DNA of 13,149 nt from a candidate division WOR-3 bacterium (lineage in GTDB: Bacteria > Hydrothermota > Tepidihabitantia > Tepidihabitantales > Tepidihabitantaceae), in contig JBDRUH010000045.1 in NCBI GenBank assembly GCA_039801225.1, positions 1 through 13,149 of the forward strand. Reading direction: 5' to 3'. Within the stretch, counting starts at the first letter, position 1; every line of letters starts with the position of its first letter. Position numbers and translations under genes: made by a program. The notes below the pieces were generated by a model. That model was given only the letters and a program-made list of their open reading frames with translations, was not told the DNA's origin and did no database searches. This document shows positions 7,822-13,149 of this stretch, piece by piece.

Positions 7822-10128
7822 TTAACCCCGTTTTGCTGACAACTGAGTTATGAGGCTTATAATCTTAATCCCACCTAGAAAAATTGTCGCAGAAATCAGT
7901 CCAAACCAGGGGACAATTATAACCGCTATTATCAGTCCCCCAAATGCGCCACCGGTGAAATCCAGGATACTCAACCTGCCGGCGATAGTTCCTGCAGAGA
8001 TAAATGCCCGCTCGCTCTCAATTGCGGTAGCAGTCAGCCGCCGGCTACTGGCAAGGGCAAACTGCCACCCTAAACACATTCCGGTAAGAATGAGCAGGAG
8101 GAGAAAACTCACCGGTCCACTCCCATAACGGGTAAGAAGGATAAGCCCACCCACAAGAAGAATCAATACTACCTCACCGGCGGTGAACAGTAAACTGACC
8201 GTCCTCTCTCCTCCGTCTTCGGTGAAGGAGGTGCCGAACCAAGCACCCGGCACTGTGCCAAACATAAAACCGGCAAGAAGTAAAGCCACCCCGGAATAAA
8301 CTGAGCCGAATTTAACCTGATAAATTAGAATTGCCAAAGTAGAAATACCCGCCCCGATAAATCCACTGGTCCAAATCCCTAAGCCTCGGGCAAAATCACC
8401 ACCCCTTACCAAACCACCTGCAATCCCCGCTATCAAAAGGGTAAAAAGAAAGATAAGGATTATCCAGTTGGCTATTTTGGGGATAAAATAGTATAACCGG
8501 CTGAAAAGAGAAGAAAGGCGTCGCTGCTCATATGCCATGTTTAAAAAAACCTCTCGCGGCTGAATGTCGGTATTCGGCTGTCGGCTCTCGGCTCTCGGCT
8601 CTCGGCTGGCATTGCCGAGATACCTCTCTTGCCGAAAATCGTCAAGTAAAAAGGTGAGGTAATCTGGATTAAGAAAGGTTAAATTTAAATTCCGTTCCCT
8701 TAATCGGCTGAAGAGTTCATCAACAGAGAGGGTAAAACTGTCCTCTCCGGCAAGAATCAGAGGAAAATCAAGGACATAAGTCTTAACCTGGGGAAATACT
8801 TGGGCTAATGTCGCCTGCCTTATCCTTAACAGCGCTATCACCTCCGGGGTGGGGGTTTCGCCGCCACCTACGGTCCGGGTTACGAAAATTCCACCTTTCT
8901 TCAGCCGGCTCTTTACCAGAGAAAAAAACTCTTTGGTGAAAAGCCGGTTGGCACTTAAGCTGAATGGCGCGCTACTCATAAGCAGAATAAGGTCAAAACT
9001 GTCTTGAGTTACCATCAAAAACCGCCTCGGGTCAGAAATTGTCAATATTACCCTCGGGTCGGAAAGTTCCTCGGCAACCAGCCTTCCCCCACCCCAACGA
9101 ATTTCATCAACCAGTATTGGGTCCAGTTCCACCACAACCACTTTCTCTACCGGATGCTTTAAAACCTCTTTTACCGCACCACCCATTCCGCCAGCAAAGA
9201 GAAGAACTTGCTTTGGCTCGGGGTGAAAAAGCAACGGAAAGTGAATGAACTCCTCCAATGACCCGATGTTAGTTTGGGGAAGAGAAAAAACTGCTACACC
9301 ATTATAAAGTAATAGTCGTTGCCCTTCCCGCTCCATAGTGGTAACCTTGCCATAGGGTGAGTCCTTTACTTTTAATACCTTCTGCCCGGGCAAGTTTCTT
9401 TCCCAGACCATCCTTTCCAGTTCCCTGGCCCCACTGGGAACAAGGACAAAAAAAACGCCACCTACCACCAGACAGACCAAACGCCAGAGCCGCCGAGAGC
9501 CTACGGCCGACAGCTCACGGCCTAAAGCCCAAAGAACTATTAAGAGGATTCCAGCAAAAAGGAAAACAATCCCCAAGCCACAAACCCGGGGAAGTAGCAA
9601 GAAATAGCAAATAACCGCTGCCAGCACCGTTCCCAGCCCTTCATAAAGATAGGTGCGACCAACCCATTCCGCCTTCCGCCTTCCGCCTTCCGCCTTCCGC
9701 ATTCCGCATTCCGCATTCCGCATTCCGATACGGGAAAGGATTGCCGCGCCCAAGACAAAAAGCCCGCCATGGGTTCCTGCCGGTAAAAGAACCACTAAAA
9801 GGGTAATGGCAAAAAGTGCGCCAATATCCAGACTCTCTCCAGGAAGAAAGCCCAGGAGCGGGCGAAGAAGGGTAACCGCCAACACCGCACCCGCCGAACT
9901 CAACGCCGAGACCAGGGCAACGCCATAAAGCCAGAACCACTCTTTTCCCCGAATCTTCCCTAAAACTTTGCCGAAAAACCATGCCCCCAGCCCCTCGCTA
10001 ACGAGCCATACCGCAAGAAAAATGCCGCTTGACACCTCATTACCAGCAAAGGCGGCGATGAGTTCGCGCAGAATAACCACCTGTGCCGTTAGACCCAATC
10101 CGCCGATTGCCATCAATACTGGAGGCAT
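7822..10128 (-). CDS. Fused multi-pass membrane / spermidine-synthase-like (PABS, SAM-binding fold) protein, catalytically divergent
   Basis: 768 aa. N-terminal ~230 aa are hydrophobic helices (AQVVILRELIAAFAGNE; YLYEGLG). Central domain has DSPYG, HFPLLFHPEPKQVLLFAGGMGG..EVLKH, VVVELDP, DPRV, FDLIL, NRLFTKEFF..VKSRLKKGG. The C-terminal region is again hydrophobic helices. Confidence 0.85.
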   Translation of the reverse strand: MPPVLMAIGGLGLTAQVVILRELIAAFAGNEVSSGIFLAVWLVSEGLGAWFFGKVLGKIRGKEWFWLYGVALVSALSSAGAVLAVTLLRPLLGFLPGESLDIGALFAITLLVVLLPAGTHGGLFVLGAAILSRIGMRNAECGMRKAEGGRRKAEWVGRTYLYEGLGTVLAAVICYFLLLPRVCGLGIVFLFAGILLIVLWALGRELSAVGSRRLWRLVCLVVGGVFFVLVPSGARELERMVWERNLPGQKVLKVKDSPYGKVTTMEREGQRLLLYNGVAVFSLPQTNIGSLEEFIHFPLLFHPEPKQVLLFAGGMGGAVKEVLKHPVEKVVVVELDPILVDEIRWGGGRLVAEELSDPRVILTISDPRRFLMVTQDSFDLILLMSSAPFSLSANRLFTKEFFSLVKSRLKKGGIFVTRTVGGGETPTPEVIALLRIRQATLAQVFPQVKTYVLDFPLILAGEDSFTLSVDELFSRLRERNLNLTFLNPDYLTFLLDDFRQERYLGNASREPRAESRQPNTDIQPREVFLNMAYEQRRLSSLFSRLYYFIPKIANWIILIFLFTLLIAGIAGGLVRGGDFARGLGIWTSGFIGAGISTLAILIYQVKFGSVYSGVALLLAGFMFGTVPGAWFGTSFTEDGGERTVSLLFTAGEVVLILLVGGLILLTRYGSGPVSFLLLLILTGMCLGWQFALASSRRLTATAIESERAFISAGTIAGRLSILDFTGGAFGGLIIAVIIVPWFGLISATIFLGGIKIISLITQLSAKRG
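8574..8608. repeat. 7-bp tandem repeat, 5 x TCGGCT(C/G), inside CDS
   Basis: TCGGCTG TCGGCTC TCGGCTC TCGGCTC TCGGCTG; read on minus as SREPRAESRQP. Confidence 0.9.
9493..9534. repeat. Degenerate 7-bp tandem repeat (6 units, CYNANRG) inside CDS
   Basis: CCGAGAG CCTACGG CCGACAG CTCACGG CCTAAAG CCCAAAG; read on minus as LWALGRELSAVGSR. Confidence 0.55.
9667..9727. repeat. 7-bp tandem repeat, 4 x TTCCGCC + 4 x TTCCGCA + partial TTCCG, inside CDS
   Basis: Counted directly; encodes GMRNAECGMRKAEGGRRKAE in the 768-aa protein. Confidence 0.95.
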
Positions 10129-10158
10129 AAAATTGCCGCTAACGCCCAGCGTGAATAA

Positions 10159-11268
10159 CTAAAGCAAAAGACAGCCCTTCTTTTCGTATTCCTGGAACAA
10201 TCGCCCCCAGCCGGTCTCCCTTTTCCAGCGCTCAAATACCCTTTTTCCCCGAAGGGGCCATTGAATAAAGTCGTGGTTAAACTCCGAGACAAAGATGGGT
10301 ATATTAACGAGCCAGGTGCGAAAGATTAACTTCTGCAAAAAACGGGTCGGTCCATACCAGGATAGCCAGCCCAGAAAGCGATGGAAATTCCAGCCCACCT
10401 CAAACCCCCAGTTTTCATTGGAGATATCATCCCCAACAACCTCAATCTCCTTTGGGTCACCAACGCCCAACCCTTGCTCCTGTGCCAGACGGATATAACC
10501 AATCGCCATCGGGTCAAAACCCATCATCTTTGCCGCTATGGCATCAATCGCCACCTGGTCCTGAGAGGCGAGAATCACATTCTTTACCACCGGTCTTATT
10601 GTCCTTGGTCCTGGACCATCACCAGCGGTAGTTCCGTCCATCACCGCGAAGACTCCCGGATGAATCTCCTTTTGAATGGTTAAAAGGTCAACCAGTGTCT
10701 CATGAATCCAGGTGTGGGTGTAATGGCGATGGGTTGCTAAAAGTCCACCAAACGCATTCTTCATCGCCCCGGTGGTGGTGGTATAAATATGGCACTTCAC
10801 CGTTGGCAAATGAACTATATTTTTCCCGAAAAAGTAGTCCGGAATCCTTAACCCTTCAGGATAAATACGGTCAAGGACGAGCAGCCTCGCCTTCGGCTGA
10901 AACGGAACCCACTTCATATCCGAATCCTTAAAATTGTAAAGCACCTTCAGCCCGCACTTTTGAAAAATCGGCACATAACGGTTCAAATCCTCGCCCTTAT
11001 GGGTGTCAATCACTACCGTTTTGTTTTGCACCACGGCAAGGTCGTGATAACCCAAATCCTTAAGTCCTAAAATTGTTCCCTCCAACTGCCAAGGTGTTGT
11101 ATTTGCCCCGGGCATCGGATAATGCCAGGAGATGTTGTCCTTCAAGATTGTTGTTACCCCGGGCTTTAAGAACTTATCCGCCTCAGCCAGCCTGAGCAAC
11201 CGGCGATAATCATCCAATACCGTCTCCGGTCTGGTGAACAAAACCGCCACCTTCGCATTGCTTGCCAT
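10159..11268 (-). CDS. DUF362 domain protein
   Basis: 369 aa from ATG 11268 (the track starts one codon earlier at TTG 11271). Motifs ILKDNISW, NTTPWQLEG, VHLPTVKCH..TTTTGAMKNAFG, AVMDGTTAGDGPGP, ILASQDQVAIDAIAAKMMGFDP..I.YI..A...GLG match the DUF362 pattern. Confidence 0.85.
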   Translation of the reverse strand: MASNAKVAVLFTRPETVLDDYRRLLRLAEADKFLKPGVTTILKDNISWHYPMPGANTTPWQLEGTILGLKDLGYHDLAVVQNKTVVIDTHKGEDLNRYVPIFQKCGLKVLYNFKDSDMKWVPFQPKARLLVLDRIYPEGLRIPDYFFGKNIVHLPTVKCHIYTTTTGAMKNAFGGLLATHRHYTHTWIHETLVDLLTIQKEIHPGVFAVMDGTTAGDGPGPRTIRPVVKNVILASQDQVAIDAIAAKMMGFDPMAIGYIRLAQEQGLGVGDPKEIEVVGDDISNENWGFEVGWNFHRFLGWLSWYGPTRFLQKLIFRTWLVNIPIFVSEFNHDFIQWPLRGKRVFERWKRETGWGRLFQEYEKKGCLLL

Positions 11269-11277
11269 CAAATTTAA

Positions 11278-11305
11278 ATTATAATCTTCTCAAAAACTCA
11301 TTCAA
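11278..11305 (-). promoter_or_regulatory. Putative sigma70-type promoter for DUF362 and the downstream membrane/synthase gene
   Basis: Minus strand: TTGAAT (11305-11300), 16 nt, TATAAT (11283-11278), then 6 nt to TTG or 9 nt to ATG. No SD. Confidence 0.6.
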
Positions 11306-11688
11306 CCCAAACTTTAAAAACTAAACCAACGCCAAGGCGGCAGCGTGACCTTATCAACCAAAAACAGGAACCCCAAACCTCTTAACCTTAAGCACTATTT
11401 CTTTACCATTCAAAACCGAGAAAAAACCAATCTTAACCGTTAAGGCAAAAGCCACCGTTAAAGCAACATCAACGACGAATGTCATTTCAATCACCAACAC
11501 AACTGCAGTGGCAAGGAAAAAAGCCAGCGAAAAAACTCCCGGCGAATCTAAAAGAAAAAGAGCCTTAAACCCAACTTCAAAAACAAACTGAATAATAATT
11601 AAGGGGGCAGCATAGGGGCTGGGGTCTAAAATCGAGCAATATTATTCTAAGATTATGAAAATTAAGGAGTTAACCCATAAAAACCCTC

Positions 11689-11716
11689 TTGCAATTTTTC
11701 TACCTATAGGTAGAAT
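11689..11716 (+). promoter_or_regulatory. Putative promoter of HTH gene overlapped by perfect 18-bp palindromic operator
   Basis: TTGCAA (11689-11694), 16 nt, TAGAAT (11711-11716), 7 nt, ATG (11724). Palindrome TTCTACCTATAGGTAGAA at 11698-11715. Confidence 0.65.
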
Positions 11717-11723
11717 TTTTATA

Positions 11724-12836
11724 ATGCCAATACAGGAAGAAAATGCGACCTTTGTCTGTAAACTTGGTGGAAGACTTCGGGAGATAAGGAAGAGAGCAGG
11801 GCTCACCCTGAATTCGCTATCCCAAAGATTGGCGCCTGGTTCCAAAAGTTATCACCATATACTCCAGCGTCTGGAAAAGGGGAAAATCAAAAGCCCCTCA
11901 ATTAACCTTATCGCCCAGTATCTTGCCGGTTGCGGAGCCTCATTTGCAGATATAATTGATATCCTGAATCGGGCAACAAAAGTGCCATTAAAAACGGGAA
12001 CGGAGGGCGCGGCGTTGCTAACTCAGGCAACAGAAACCCTGCCCGAACCATTGAAAACCGAGGTCAGAGAGGTTGATAGGCATCTGTCTAAGTTAAAAAT
12101 TGAGCCGATAGAGAAAAGGCTAAATCGGGCAAAAAGGATGGCGCAAAACCGCATCATCCGCACCCTCTTAGAAGACACCCTCTATCAGATAATAACCGCG
12201 CCTGAGGCAAAGGAGATTGAGTTTGAGAAACTTGCCGGACTCTGCCATTTGGGCAGAAAATTATTCTCCATTTTCAAAAGAACCCGCAACAACTTAGCCC
12301 GCCGAACAAGGCTGATGGAAAAACTAATAAGGCGGGCAAAATACCAGGACCTGCCCGAATCGGGCGTCTCAACCGTTTTAGAAAAGATTAACCACCTCTT
12401 TCAGGAGATGGAAGAAAACGGCATATTTGAGGAGAATTTTACCTGGCAAAAACTGCCCGAGGATTGGCTAAAGCCTTTACTGCCGGCACCGGTGCGAGCG
12501 GAAAAAAGGATAGTTCTTGAGAGGGAAAAGGGACGCATTCAGCGGGAAAAGGAAAGGGCGGGTGTGGGTATTACAATTTTCCTTGAGATGAACCGGCAAC
12601 TCAAGGTGGAAAATCTTGACCACAAGACCCGCGGTTGGGTTATGGAATTTATCAACCGTCTTTTTAAAATTGCGGTGGAGTTGGACTCAAATCCTTTAGA
12701 GATGGAGCGCCGATTTGCCGAACTCCTTTCTCAATCCCCCGACCCCGACCTCGCCCAGAAAACCCTTGACCTGTTCAAAACAACCTATCCGAAATACCGG
12801 CAGAAGGCAATAAATAGTAATGTTTCAGAAAGTTAA
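11724..12836 (+). CDS. XRE/Cro-C1-type HTH protein with long uncharacterised helical C-terminal region (370 aa)
   Basis: LGGRLREIRKRAGLTLNSLSQRL......ILQRLEKGKIKSPSINLIAQYLAGCG is an HTH_3-like pattern. I moved the start from 11655 to the in-frame ATG at 11724 because the extra 23 codons span the promoter and palindrome. Confidence 0.8.
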   Translation: MPIQEENATFVCKLGGRLREIRKRAGLTLNSLSQRLAPGSKSYHHILQRLEKGKIKSPSINLIAQYLAGCGASFADIIDILNRATKVPLKTGTEGAALLTQATETLPEPLKTEVREVDRHLSKLKIEPIEKRLNRAKRMAQNRIIRTLLEDTLYQIITAPEAKEIEFEKLAGLCHLGRKLFSIFKRTRNNLARRTRLMEKLIRRAKYQDLPESGVSTVLEKINHLFQEMEENGIFEENFTWQKLPEDWLKPLLPAPVRAEKRIVLEREKGRIQREKERAGVGITIFLEMNRQLKVENLDHKTRGWVMEFINRLFKIAVELDSNPLEMERRFAELLSQSPDPDLAQKTLDLFKTTYPKYRQKAINSNVSES

Positions 12837-12864
12837 TTGACACAAGTAAGGGGCAAAATATAAT
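12837..12864 (+). promoter_or_regulatory. Consensus sigma70-type promoter for the methyltransferase gene
   Basis: TTGACA (12837-12842, immediately after the HTH stop), 16 nt, TATAAT (12859-12864), 11 nt, ATG (12876). No SD. Confidence 0.7.
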
Positions 12865-12875
12865 TTCATAATTCT

Positions 12876-13149
12876 ATGAAGAGAATTTATCTTAAATCCT
12901 GCGAGAGGATGGAGGAGATTAAAGATGGCGAGGTTGATTTAATCGTTACTTCTCCACCTTACTGGAATGCTATAGATTATGATGTTCACACTATAGATAA
13001 TACGAAGTGGTTTAGAACAAGGAGGGGGGAGGAATACGAGAAATATCTGGAATGGCTGAGAAGATGCTTTCAGGAATGTTATCGGGTCCTAAAACCGGGC
13101 AGATTCTGCTGTGTGGTAATTGGCACGGTATTATACAATGGCAAACATT
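12876..13149 (+). CDS. Site-specific DNA methyltransferase, N6_N4_Mtase family, beta-class, probably m4C; partial
   Basis: Hand translation: MKRIYLKSCERMEEIKDGEVDLIVTSPPYWNAIDY...EYEKYLEWLRRCFQECYRVLKPGRFCCVVIG. Catalytic motif IV SPPY lies near the N-terminus, followed by RVLKPG. The frame is open to the window edge. Confidence 0.9.
   Translation, partial: MKRIYLKSCERMEEIKDGEVDLIVTSPPYWNAIDYDVHTIDNTKWFRTRRGEEYEKYLEWLRRCFQECYRVLKPGRFCCVVIGTVLYNGKH

Noticed and set aside
8029..8056. Further heptamer array AGCAGTC AGCCGCC GGCTACT GGCAAGG
   Set aside because: Only RGC recurs at period 7; not distinguishable from chance.
8574..9727. CRISPR array
   Set aside because: Units are 7 bp, contiguous, without spacers, and lie inside a CDS; no cas genes in the window.
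7822..10128. Assigning gene symbol speE
   Set aside because: The catalytic Asp residues of aminopropyltransferases are missing, so the function is unsupported.
11603..11624. G-quadruplex
   Set aside because: Only three G-tracts; a canonical intramolecular G4 needs four.
11655..11723. ORF-track start of the HTH gene at 11655
   Set aside because: The extension spans the -35/-10 and palindrome, and the AAGGAG at ~11664-11669 lies downstream of this ATG so cannot be its SD. ATG 11724 fits better.
11642..11845. 67-aa minus ORF as a divergent Cro-like partner
   Set aside because: Overlaps the HTH coding region in antisense and has no HTH pattern.

Overview
Bacterial chromosomal window, mostly housekeeping-type, possibly turning accessory at the right end. 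Left to right: a BatA/vWA membrane protein (minus strand, runs off the left edge, missed by the ORF track) coupled to a DUF58 gene; a divergent DUF721(DciA)-gyrB pair with no adjacent recF or gyrA; a convergent PilB/GspE ATPase + PilC/GspF platform pair; a multi-pass membrane protein fused to a degenerate spermidine-synthase-like domain; a DUF362 protein; a ~450 bp strand-skewed intergenic region; a 370-aa N-terminal XRE-HTH protein; and the 5' end of an SPPY-type DNA methyltransferase (also missed by the ORF track). Most notable: (1) several different 7-bp tandem arrays inside the membrane/synthase gene, at different stages of decay; (2) seven near-consensus sigma70-type promoters, six with a 16-bp spacer and six placed 5-11 nt before an SD-less start codon, suggesting leaderless expression; (3) a perfect 18-bp palindrome over the HTH gene's promoter; (4) loss of the aminopropyltransferase catalytic Asp residues. 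I saw no rRNA, tRNA, CRISPR array or transposase. Family calls come from motif recognition by eye; no searches were run.
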